From: Octopus bimaculoides
Lineage: Eukaryota
Direction: 5' to 3'
DNA: 64,000 nt
Assembly: GCF_001194135.2 (NCBI RefSeq)
Contig: NC_068981.1
Span: forward strand, 159,873,880-159,937,879
A model generated the notes under the pieces. The model did not search any database. It was not told where the DNA came from and was given only the letters and a program-made list of their open reading frames with translations. The first letter of the stretch is position 1. Every line of letters starts with the position of its first letter. The translations under genes were made by a program, and so were the position numbers. Positions 38,898-51,299 of this stretch are shown here, piece after piece.

Positions 38898-39056
38898 CAA
38901 TAACTCCGGAACCTATAATTGAATTAATCAAGTTGAAGCTTGTCATTGGGATATTGTTTCGAAGTTTCCCATCATCCTTTGCTGGTTCAGCAACTAGTTG
39001 ACTAGATTCACTCATACCACTGATGCTACTAGCATCAGACATGCTTTGTAAAGTCT
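38898..39056 (-). CDS. SLC38A11: SLC38A11-like transporter, first identified coding exon (TLQSMSDASS...NIPMTSFNLINSIIGSGVI-G); ATG at 39042
   Basis: Acceptor tctattttcag|AG and donor ATTG|gtaagt. 159 nt open frame containing the SLC38 TM1 motif FNxxNSIIGSGxIG. Confidence 0.9.
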
Positions 39057-39140
39057 CTGAAAATAGATTTTAAAAAAGTACATCAGTTCAGACACGCTTT
39101 ATAAAGTCTCTGAAAATAGAATTTTAAAAAATACATCAAT
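39035..39140. repeat. 53-bp tandem duplication spanning the SLC38A11 splice acceptor and ATG
   Basis: Units 39035-39087 and 39088-39140 differ at about 5 positions; both retain ttttcag|AGACTTT. Confidence 0.9.
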
Positions 39141-39652
39141 ATCTTTGATCTGCAAATTGTATTCATTGTCAAAGCATTTGTTGCCATCTACACAGGTAGC
39201 ATTATTTAATATAATTCTATCAAGGAAAGTTTCTGTTCTATTGTATTTTTTAATTTAGGATGATAGAAATAACTGAAACTGTTGAGAACCTGTTTAGAAG
39301 GTTCTTGCTATTTAAATTCACAGCATAGTTATTCTGAATTCAAATTCTGCCAGCATTTTCTTAAATACTTCTTTCATTCTTCTAAAAATTGGTGCAATAA
39401 ATACTAGCATTACACTGAAATTTTTCTTGCAATTGATAATTCTAAGTCTTTCAAGTAATACTTATGGTATGCAAATTAGTAATTTCAGTTCTCTGAAGCT
39501 ACTGGATTTGTTGAGTATATAGACAGACTAGTTGCTTATTTCCTCAACATTGGTCAAATGATATAGACACCTCAGATGAGAACCTAATTGTGGTTTAAAA
39601 ATTGACTAAGATTGTTTGTAATTGTGTTATTTTTTTTATCTACAGAGAAATA

Positions 39653-40114
39653 CAGGTTGTCATCGACTTACTACCTATCTGATTTACAGCCAATCAACTT
39701 TACAACAATTGGCATGTCAGTTCCCAGCAGCAACAATAAATAGTCCAGTTGAAATCTAATGGGTTTAATTTCTTAGAAATTAACCTGTTTACAAATTATG
39801 CCAGTTAACAAATGCTTCCCCTAGGTTTAGTTATCGATCACCACTTTGTTCGATGATTAACTATCCTGTCGTGGAGACATTGCAGCAACCTTGTATTTGT
39901 TTATAAGACGACTGCTTGAGACTCTGATATTTTTGATTAATGCCAGTATACTAGTATAATACAGAATGCTGTGTGTGACTTTTACCTGAGAATGTACCTC
40001 AAAAATGTAAAAAAATAAAACAAAGCTATGTAGGCCTATAGGCCGACTTACAACCAAATCGAATTACGACCAGTCAGTTGGAACCAATTGTGGTCATAAG
40101 TCGACGATGACCTG
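39653..40114. mobile_element. Tigger/pogo-like non-autonomous element
   Basis: TA-CAGGTTGTCATCGACTTA...TAAGTCGACGATGACCTG-TA imperfect TIRs with TA TSD. Confidence 0.7.
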
Positions 40115-42066
40115 TAGTTAAAATTGTTATGCTTGTGTGTCTGCTACATACATTTACATACATACATTTAGGAATATTTGTAGGTATATGTATGCTTAAA
40201 TATAGATGCATGTATATACATTGTATATGTTGGAGCATCTATATTTGTATATGTCTATGTGAGCATATATATGTTTCTGTAGGTATGTACAATAATGCCT
40301 TGACATACGAGTTAATATGTTCTTAGAGACTGCTTGTAAAGTGAAAACTCATAAAGAAGGGCAATAATTTCCCATAATAGCAATGTTATAAACCGTAATT
40401 CATTCCTAGAAAGATATTTTACCTATAAAATTATAATACTAATAAATAAATGGCAATAAAACTATGGTAGAATGAAAAGAATATTTTATGTAAAGCAAAA
40501 AGAATGTCAAGATCATTTATAATAAAAAATATTATTATTATGGTTTTCTGAATCAATTTCACTTGCACTAGACTTGCACACACCATCACTTGCAGACGCG
40601 ATCACTAATTCACAAGCACTCAGAGACGGATTTGCAGATTTCTTTTTCAAAAACAATTCTAGAGTTGTTTGCTTAGAAGAAGTTTTTTTGCTCTCTATAA
40701 ATTTCTCAGTAACAAGCAGAATCATTTGTTATGGTAGTAGAAACTTTTGCACTTCATTCAAAATTTGGATCTTAGCTGTTTAACCTTTTTTATATTCTGC
40801 CACTTAGGTGTGCTACTTGCTTTACTGCTTAGTATATGTTACTACTCTATCTTTTCCTGAGATTTTATAACTAGCTATTTTGTTTGCTGCAGATCAGTGA
40901 CTGATAGTCACTTTGTTTACAATATATCACTGGCAGAGGCAGATCTTGGCTATCATTCCAATGCATAGGTGCACACAGCTGACATGAGCCACCCAGCTTG
41001 AAACTGGCCAGTCCCATGATCCTGTCAGCTACTGGAGGGTAGTAGGGGTTCACTCCCCCTGCAAGTGATGTATTGTATATAAGGGGGAAGAGAAAGCACT
41101 GAAAACCAGCTGGTGGAGAATCCACCTGGGGTTAAACTAGTAGTTACATTCATCTGCCACTTAGATGAGGCTACTTGCTTTACTGCTTTTTATATCTATC
41201 ATAAAATAAAACTCATAAACCTGAGGTCTCGTAAAGTGAGGTATTAATTGTATAGAGGTATATACATGTGTGTGTGTGTGTGTATACGATGAGTGTATGT
41301 TTGTGTGTACATGGATGTATATGTGTATGCATGATAAATAGATGAGGAAACAATATATATTGGTCATTAGTTTTTACAGATGTCTGTCTACTTCCCACAA
41401 GCTTTAGTGAGCATTGAAGAAAAAAAAATTGATAAAAAGACCTGATAAACCATTAATCAGAAAGCCGTCTGTTACCATGCATCGCTCGCCTACAATCAAA
41501 TATAAACTACTTCCCTGAGTTTATTTACGTTATGTAATAGTCCCATCTTATTAATAAAACTTACATAAGACATAACTAAATAACTAATAAACAGTATCTC
41601 ATGATTTGCTTTATTATATATCATCTTCAACTTGCTGACATGGGTGGGATGGTTTGGCAGGTGCTAGTGAGTCAGAGATCTGTACCAAACTCTGCTGTTT
41701 GCTCTGGTATGGTTTCTACAGCCGGATGTTCTTCCTAATGCCAACCACTTCAAACAGTTGCTTTTTATGTGGCACCAGCAGCAGTGAGGTTACCAAATAA
41801 CTCACAAGACAAGACTGAAGGAGGAGTAGTATTGAGTGGGGTGGCTCTATGCCAAGTGATGAGAGATTAGATTATGGTAGAGGATTTGAAACAGCTGTCT
41901 TGTAGTAAAGGAGAATAAATGGCTAACCCAGTTGAAAGAGGAGAGGAGAGAGGAGAGGGTGACACCTTGGGCAAGTGTCTTCTACTATAGCCTCAGGCTG
42001 ACCAAAGCCTTGTGAGTGGACTTTGTAGAGGGAAACTGAAAGAAGCCCGTTGTATATATATATATA

Positions 42067-42964
42067 CAGGGTGCGATGGGTAAGTTGTCACTATTCCATA
42101 TTTTAAATTTTGTGCAAGTGCATTGTTTGTTTTTGATTTTGTTGACTACATAGTACAGTAGGGTCAGTTGGGCACTGTCTGTGAGAAAAACAGCACCATG
42201 ATGCAATTCACTCCGCCAGAAATTTGGCATCAACATGCTGTACTGCTTGGCATTCATGCTGGAAACTCCAATATGAACATTTCAGAGTGTTTGGGTGTCA
42301 ATCTGAGGACAGGGCAATCTGAGGATATGTACGGAGAGTGATAAAAATCAAACATCCAGTCAACATCATGGTGTTTGGATGGATCACTAGTGATGGCAAC
42401 ATCTTAGTGATGCCTCCATTCATCTTCCCACATGGCCTCAGACTCAACACAGAGGCTTACATCAAATGTCTGGAGGAGGTAGTGCTGCTCTAAGTCAAGA
42501 GGGTTGCTACTGGAAGACCCTATGTCTGGCAACAGGACTCTGCACCATGTCACACAAGCAGGAGAACCCAGTCATTGCTGTTAGACAATTTCTGTGACCA
42601 CATCACCCCTAACATCCAGCCACCTAACTCCCCAGACTGCAACTCCCTTGATTATTATGTGTGGAGCGCAGTTGAGTAAGAGACCAACAAAACTCCATGT
42701 AACACCAAAAATGAACTGAAGGCAAGGATTATGGCAGCATTCACCAACTTAAACAAGGAGTCCATCCAGAAGAGTTGCAGGAGATTCTGAAGTCATCTGG
42801 AGGCCATGGTTGAAACCAATGGCGATTTTATTGAATAAATTTACTCTTTAGTATTTCAAGATATTTTTATGTAATTTTGATAAATATATCTGTTAAAATG
42901 AGACGTCAGTGTCATTTTCATTTTTGCATAATTTAAATGACAGTTTATTCACCAAAGCGCCCAG
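42067..42964 (+). mobile_element. Internally deleted maT (DD37D) transposon inserted in the (TA)n of a family-A SINE
   Basis: TA-CAGGGTG left end; VWQQDSAPCHT...PPNSPDCNSLDYYVW gives exactly 37 residues between the Asp residues; degenerate right TIR ending cgcccag-TA. Confidence 0.8.
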
Positions 42965-43904
42965 TACACACTGTGAAGTGGTTAATGTTATGAAGGAAAC
43001 CATGCTCTAGAAATTATGCCAAAGCTGATATTGGAGCTCCGTGCAGTCCCACAGATGGTTGGATCTTATCAATCTATTCAAAAACAGGCCAGCATGAAAA
43101 ACAAATGTTAAATGATAATGCTGCTGCTGCCGCTGCTGCTGCTGCTGATGATGTATGTGTGTCTATGTGTGCACATACATGTGTATAGTCAATCTCTTTT
43201 TCCTTTTTTTTTTTTGCATTAATTTCGTTCTAACACTATTTGCCACCTTCATAACTCAATTAGCTTGTAGCACCTGAAATCTCTCTTTTCCAGTTAATTC
43301 ACCTCTCTTATCTTTCTAATAATGGGCAATGTTATATTAATCATTAGAAATAAATGTTTTGCGCAATGTGATAAGCTAAGCAAGTGCCTGTCCTGATGCT
43401 TTCAACATTCCATGAATAATTCCTGAAGATGAAGCAGTTGTTGTCACCTTCATGACCTTAATTGCTTTACCCATTTGATATATACTGAAGTTGTGCCTGG
43501 TGTACATGAAAGGCCTGGCTGATTTGTTCTGAATATTTTCCTGCTGATTCTACTAAGGTAATTTCTTCCTATCACATTCACATACTTTGTTTAACAACCA
43601 CTCACAGTAATGCCTTCATGTCTTTCTCTTTTCATTTTTATATATTTTGTCAGACACAACCATTCCAAATGTCATTGTAATGCATTCTTATAAAATACTT
43701 CCTGATTCTAAGTACTTCATTTTTCCAATCTCACTCAACTTGAACATTGTAGGAAATCATGGAAATCTTGGGAAAATTTCTACTCTCCACTTCTCTTCAA
43801 TTTTAAATCGATTTTTTTATTCAACAAAAACTGAAAGGAGACCATCATATCTATCTATCTGTCTGTCTGTCTGTCTATCTATCAATCCATCCATCCATCC
43901 ATCC

Positions 43905-43944
<40 letters not shown>

Positions 43945-43965
43945 GTCTGTCTGTCTGTCTGTCTA

Positions 43966-44000
<35 letters not shown>

Positions 44001-45679
44001 TTGTGTTTGTGTTTGTCCTCCATTCCCACAATTTGATGGCCAGGGTTAGTTTGTTTATGTCCCTGTAACTTAGCAGTTGGCAAAAAAGACCATTAGAATA
44101 AGTACTGGGGTAGATTCATTTGACTAAAAATTCTTCAAGACAGAGCTCCAGCATGGCCACAGTCAAATGACTGAAGCAAGTAAAAGATAAGAGATAAAAG
44201 ATATGATTCAGAATTAGCCCTTTTTTTTTACTCTTCTTATTCTTGATTTTTAAGTCTAAAAAAAACCAAAGGTTCTTTGAGAATGTTACACGTCCAATCA
44301 TATATCTTCCTTATATGAAGGGGTTCTGAAAAGTTCTTGGCTTTAAGGGTATTGCAAAAGGCCTGGTTAGAGGCCCAACCTTTCAAGTTCTTTTACAAGA
44401 CTTAGAAAAATTGTATTCTGGTTTCAGTTAGCATACCACAATTTATCATTGATTTTGTTAATCATCTCTCTCTCTCTCTCTCTCTTCCTCTCCTCCCCCT
44501 CTCTCTTTGTTTTTCATACATGCACATCTCACAAGTATTTCAAGTGACTGATTGATGATATAATTTTCTGTAGATTTAAACATTTTTCACTTTCATAGTG
44601 TGTACTCAACAGAAGACACTGATCAAATATCTTGCCATAGCATGGTAAGTTTTTGCACTAACACTATATAGGTTTCAGCACAATGGCACAGAACTATATA
44701 TCAGTCTGAGTAAAAAGTAAGCAACATTTTGAAACATGAAATTTATCACAATATATTTCAACAATGCGGAAATTTTACTCATCAAAGTCAGTACCATTAC
44801 AGCTTATTCTTTGCCACTGCTACTCACCAGCTAGCAATAGAAATAACAGATAAGTTTTCATTCCTGTTTCTCAGATGTAAAAATGATTATTTCAAGTTTT
44901 TGCACAAGGCCAGTAGTTTTAAGGTAAGAGATTCCAGTACTCACCAGATATTTTATTTTATCAACCCAGGAGGGATGAAAGGCAATGTTGACCCTCGTGG
45001 AATTTGAACTCAGAATATAATAATTTTGAAGAAATACTACTAGATATTTTGTCTGAAAATTTAACAATTCAGTCAGCTTACTACCTGAGATGTAAAAATA
45101 CTAACAAAAATCTATCAAATATGATAAATGAAAGAATTTTAAACTTTTGAATATAAAATTTTCCAACCATCTTTCTTAGCGGGAATTTGAAAAGCCTCTT
45201 CAGAACAGACATTTTACAATATTTGATGTAAATAGATAAAGTCATTAATGATTCTGAAAGTTGAATAAACAGTAGGAAAGTTATCTATGAGACTCTATTT
45301 TTGCAATGGTGCTGCAGTCAACAACCTCATGTTATGTAAATGGTACATTATTATTATAATTAGCACTGTTGTTGTTAATGGAGTTAATTATTACATAGTT
45401 ACAAGTATTATGTCATTTAATTGTATTTTTTCTGGAAATATCCAAACCATTTAAAGCAAGGTGTGGTAATATGACAGCATGAGAACTAACAGTAAAATTG
45501 AAATTATATTATTACTAATAGGGTTTTAAATAATTTACTTGCTCTTTATCTTGTATGCATTCAGTTTGAGGCCCAGCAAATTAACATATTTTCTGTTGGT
45601 TTGTATGTGCATGTTTGTGCAAGTAAATGTAAATATATACATGGTTTTGTTGAGGATATATATACATACATACATACAT

Positions 45680-47285
45680 GCCTACTATTTATCATAGTCC
45701 TCCAGGTTATAACAGAGGAATTCAAGACAGGATGCCCCTGGGAGCTCCTCTATGCTGATGGCCTTGCACTAATTGCTGAGTCACTGTCAGAACTAGAGGA
45801 GAAGTTTCAGGTGTGGAAGCAAGGACTAGAATCGAAAGGCCTTAGAGTCAACCTAGCTAAAACCAAAGTCCTAATAAGTAGGAAGGTAGAAAAAACACAA
45901 ACCCCTTCAGGTAGATGGCCCTGCTCGATCTGTAGAAAAGGCATAGGTAGAAACTCTATAAGATGCACCAAGTGCAAGCTATGGACACATAAGAGGTGCA
46001 GCAATATCAAAGGAAGGTTAACTAGGAAGTTAGTTTTTGTATGTAGCAGATGTTCAGGAGTTATAAACACTGTAAATGTGAAGAAAACAACTTCTGCCAC
46101 ATTCCAGGGAGAAAAACTAGATGTAGTTGACAGCTTCCACTATCTAGGTGACCAAGTTAGTAGTGGGGGAGGGTGCACTGAAAGTGTAGCTGCTAGAATA
46201 AGAATAGCCTGGGCAAAGTTCAGAGAGCCCTTACCTATGCTGGTGACAAAGGGTCTCTCTCTCAGAATAAAAGGCAGACTTTATGACGCATGTGTACGAA
46301 CAGCCATGCTTCATGGCAGTGAAACATGGGCCGTGACTGCTGAAGACATGCGTAGGCTCACAAGGAATGAAGACAGTATGCTCCGATGGATGTGTAATGT
46401 CAGTGTGCATACTAGACAAAGTGTAAGTACCTTGAGAGAAAAGTTGAACCTAAGAAGCATCAGTTGTGGTGTGCAAGAGAGATGATTACGCTGGTATGGT
46501 CTTGTGGTGAGAATGGACGAGGATAGTTGTGTGAAAAAGTGCCACACCCTAGCAGTTGAGGGAACCTGTGGAAGAGGTAGGCCCAGGAAGACCTGGAATG
46601 AGGTGGTGAGGCACGAGCTTTGAACATTGGACCTCACTGAGGCGATGACTTCTGACCGAGACCTTTGGAAATATGCTGTGTATGAGAAAACCCAGCAAGC
46701 CAAGTGAGACCGAAATCCAAGGCCTCTGCCAGGGATGTAGCCAGCCCACCTATGCGTACCTTTCCTTCATTGGACACTAAACTCCACTTGCGAAGACCTG
46801 TTGAAGCAAGTGAAATTGAAATCGAACTAAATTCGACGACTGGCACCCATGCTAACGTCATCTCCTTCATTGGGACATGAAACTCGGCTTGCAAAGACCT
46901 GTTGAGGAAAGTGAAAGCGAAATCGTGATGGCACCTGTGCCCAGCGTCGCCTTCCTAGCACTTGTGCCGGTGGCACGTGTAAAGACATTCGAGCGAGATC
47001 GTTGCCAGTGCTGCTGGACTGGCTCCTGTGCAGGTGGCACGTAAAATACACCATTTTGAGCGTAGCCGTTGAATCTACCGCCTGACTGGCCTTTGTGCCG
47101 GTGGCACGTAAAAGCATCCACTACACTCTTGGAGTGGTTGGCGTTAGGAAGGGCATCCAACTGTAGAAACTCTGCCAAATCAGATTGGAGCCTGGTGTAG
47201 CCATCTGGTTCACCAGTCCTCAGTCAAATCGTCCAACCCATGCTAGCATGGAAAGCAGACATTAAACGATGATGATGATGATGAT
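45680..47285 (+). mobile_element. 5'-truncated RTE-clade LINE (C-terminal RT, embedded Cys/His finger, 3' UTR with internal repeats, (GAT)n tail)
   Basis: PWELLYADGLAL (YADD mutated), LRVNLAKTK, FHYLG, KGRLYDACVRTAMLHGSETW, premature stop at 46485, GRGRPRKTW, true stop at 46707. Confidence 0.9.
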
Positions 47286-49024
47286 NNNNNNNNNNNNNNN
47301 NNNNNNNNNNNNNNNNNNNNNNNNNNNNNNNNNNNNNNNNNNNNNNNNNNNNNNNNNNNNNNNNNNNNNNNNNNNNNNNNNNNNNNNNNNNNNNNNNNNN
47401 NNNNNNNNNNNNNNNNNNNNNNNNNNNNNNNNNNNNNNNNNNNNNNNNNNNNNNNNNNNNNNNNNNNNNNNNNNNNNNNNNNNNNNNNNNNNNNNNNNNN
47501 NNNNNNNNNNNNNNNNNNNNNNNNNNNNNNNNNNNNNNNNNNNNNNNNNNNNNNNNNNNNNNNNNNNNNNNNNNNNNNNNNNNNNNNNNNNNNNNNNNNN
47601 NNNNNNNNNNNNNNNNNNNNNNNNNNNNNNNNNNNNNNNNNNNNNNNNNNNNNNNNNNNNNNNNNNNNNNNNNNNNNNNNNNNNNNNNNNNNNNNNNNNN
47701 NNNNNNNNNNNNNNNNNNNNNNNNNNNNNNNNNNNNNNNNNNNNNNNNNNNNNNNNNNNNNNNNNNNNNNNNNNNNNNNNNNNNNNNNNNNNNNNNNNNN
47801 NNNNNNNNNNNNNNNNNNNNNNNNNNNNNNNNNNNNNNNNNNNNNNNNNNNNNNNNNNNNNNNNNNNNNNNNNNNNNNNNNNNNNNNNNNNNNNNNNNNN
47901 NNNNNNNNNNNNNNNNNNNNNNNNNNNNNNNNNNNNNNNNNNNNNNNNNNNNNNNNNNNNNNNNNNNNNNNNNNNNNNNNNNNNNNNNNNNNNTATATAT
48001 GTATGTATGTATGTATACATACATGTTATCTGGAGATATATATATATAATTCTCTATCCAAAGAGGAGAATTACATATTAAGTACTTATTAACTCCATGA
48101 AACAAGAACTATGTACCTATTTTTAAAAAGTTTTGAGGGTTTCAGCTGTATTGATGCACACACACATATACATTCATGTATAAGTGATCCTAATTATCAT
48201 CATATTATTATTACTGGGCTCTGAAGGTCTGAATAGATTTAAATTAAAATACCTTGCCCATGCTAGTGCCACGTAAAAAGCACTGAGTTCACTCTGCAGA
48301 GTGGTTTGTGTTAGGAAGGGCATCCAGCCATAAAAACCCTGTCAAAGCAGACACAGTAGCCTAGAGTAGATTTCTACCTAGCCTGCTCCTGTCAACTGTC
48401 CTACCCATGCATGCATGGAAGACAAACGTTAAATGATGATGATGATGATACCAATCTGTAGATGTGGGTCTATTTTGTTTAATGTGAGATCCACTGCTCT
48501 CTATATCTAATGACAAAGTAAACAACTGGTCAGAAACATTTCTGCAATGCTGGCTAATGAACCCTGTTTTAACTTTACAATACTGTATCTATTTAGTTGT
48601 GTTGCTCTTTCTCTCAATAGTTATTTACAGTTAGGGAGACTAGGTTATTTGAGGCTTAAGTATCTTGGCTCTATGTAATGAATGGGTCTTCCTTGAACAA
48701 CTTTTGCTTTAAATGTTTTCCCTATTCAAATCTTACTTCCACCACACAAATGCCATTTTAAAAAAAATCAGCAGATGTCATTAATTCTCATTATATATTC
48801 AAACCAATGTCACTATCCCTTTTTACCAGAATTTTATATAATTCATAACATGAATTTAAAATCCCTTTCTTAAATACCACAAATTCCATCAACTGTTCAA
48901 ATGGAACAATATAAAAGTGAAAGGTTTCATCTGCGTTCTTAAAACTTTTAGTTTTTTCCATTCCTTCTGGAAATTTTTAAAAATTGTGAATTACTGAGCA
49001 GATTGCATTATATATATAAATAAA

Positions 49025-49495
49025 GAATATTTTAAGTAATAATCTTTTCTACTATATGCACAAAGCCTGAAATTTGGGGATAGGGGGATAGCCGATTACG
49101 TTGACCCCAGTACTTGACTGGTATTTATTTCATTGACTGTGAAAAGATGAAAAGCAAAGTTGACCCTGGTAGAATTTGAACTCAGAATATAAAGATAGAT
49201 GAAAGCTTGCTAAGCATCATGTCTGGTATGCTAATGAATCTGCCAGCTCACTACCTTAATATGTCGAGTAATAATGGTTTCAAATTTGGCTCTCAAGGCC
49301 ACCTGGTTCAGGAGAGGGGTTAAGTTGATTACATTAATCCCAGTGCTCAACTGGTGCTTATTTTATTGACTATGAAAGGATGACAGGCAAAGCTACCCTC
49401 AGCAGAATTTGAACTCAGAATGCAAAGATGAATGAAAGCCTGCTAAGCATTTTGCCCAGCATACTAATGATTCTGTCAGCTCACTGCTTTATATG
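49025..49495 (-). mobile_element. Two tandem family-B SINE copies
   Basis: Two consecutive units with gaactcagaat and ccagctcact ends. Confidence 0.75.
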
Positions 49496-49971
49496 TTAAT
49501 GTGTTAAGTAATAATGAAAAATATTTATTCAACTTCTGACTACTTACTTCTTTTAACTATTTATCTATCTCTATATCCATCTGTATGTGTGTATGTGTGT
49601 GTAAACACACACACAGTGAAGTATCCATATACAAATGTTTCTCTAAATGATTGAATTGAATAAATAAACAGTTTTACTGAAGAAAATTCAACTTACATTC
49701 TGAGCTAAAATTTGATCAATGAGCCATGAGCAGACTATGTACATGTATTAGGGAAGGGGAGCCCATTTGCTTCATGAGTTAGAATTTGAAGAACAAACCA
49801 CAAGTAGGCTATGCACACATATAAGTAGCTAAGAGAGAACATACACAAATTGTGCATTAGAGTCCATATGTGCATTTCATGTAGCTTGCAAATTTTCATA
49901 TATTACATAGAAAATATTTTGCTAAGAACATATTCATCAATCAATAGGAGCAAGTCGAAGAGAAAAACATG

Positions 49972-50006
<35 letters not shown>

Positions 50007-50207
50007 TTATGCATATATGTTTTTGTACATACTATTGACAAATGGACAAACGAAACATCATTCTATGCCTTTATGTGGAGTTTGGGTGTGGCTTGGAACG
50101 GACTACCCATTTATATATATATTTCAATTACTCATGTCACAAACAATTTGTTTAATGAACAGGGCTACACACGCATGCACACACACATGCACACACACGC
50201 ACACACA

Positions 50208-50255
<48 letters not shown>

Positions 50256-50294
50256 ATATATATATATGTATATATTATACATTTATAATATACA

Positions 50295-50334
<40 letters not shown>

Positions 50335-50869
50335 ATTCACACACATATACACACACACTCACACACACACACACACACACACACTCACATACACACATAC
50401 GCTCTTACGCACACATCTCACCAACTGGTCATCTAAATAGGCAAAGAAGCTGTGCCTATCAAGGGTAAAAACAACATCATTAATTATTAAATATATGTAA
50501 TGATTTTTCAATTTGGTTTGAAAATGTTAATCTAATGCATGGAATTCAGTGTTAATTCATGGAACTCAATGTATAGAATCTAGTGATGCAGTACAGTTGG
50601 CTATCATTAATCTGACAACCAGTAATCCTGTTCCACTGCTAATTTGGACATAATTTCCAGCTCGGCACACTAACTGCCACAACTGTTTTAGTGGCATTGA
50701 TTGCAACATCAACTTTTGGTTCATAATTGTATACAGTAGCAAGTTATTCCTACATGCTTTTCTGCATTTGCTATTATAACCTGCTCCTATTTAGCCTCAG
50801 CCGACATTGCAATGCCTGAAGGTGTAATGTGCAAGCATCAGACATTGTTCAAAACAGGTGATAATCTTT

Positions 50870-51255
50870 TATTTGTTTCAGTCACTGGACTGTGGCCATG
50901 CTGGGGCACCTCCTTGAAGGGTTTTAGTTGAACAAATCAACCCCAGTAATTATTTTCTTTCTAAAGTCTGGTACTTGTTCTATTGGTTTCTTTTGGCAAA
51001 CTGCTAAGTTATGGGGACATAAACAAACCAACACCAGTCATCAAGTGGTGTAAGTGGGGTGAGGTGGGGTGGGAAGACAAGCACAAACACAAAGACTCTC
51101 TCTCTCACACACACACACATGCATATATACTAAAATACAGTGGGATTCTTCACAGTTTCCATCAACCCCAGGTTGTAGTAGAAAACACTTGCCCAACATA
51201 TTGTGCAACCATGGAATTCAGTTGCAAGGTGAGTTTCTTAACCACACTGCCATGT
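50870..51255 (-). mobile_element. Family-A SINE copy
   Basis: Reverse complement of the 26295-26731 type. Confidence 0.7.
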
Positions 51256-51299
51256 CTGCTCTTTAACAGGTATCTCATTGTCTTTCTGGTATGAATTAG

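Noticed and set aside
40513-40783. Tigger-like C-terminal peptide KQTTLELFLKK
   Set aside because: Single short motif; not enough for a feature call.
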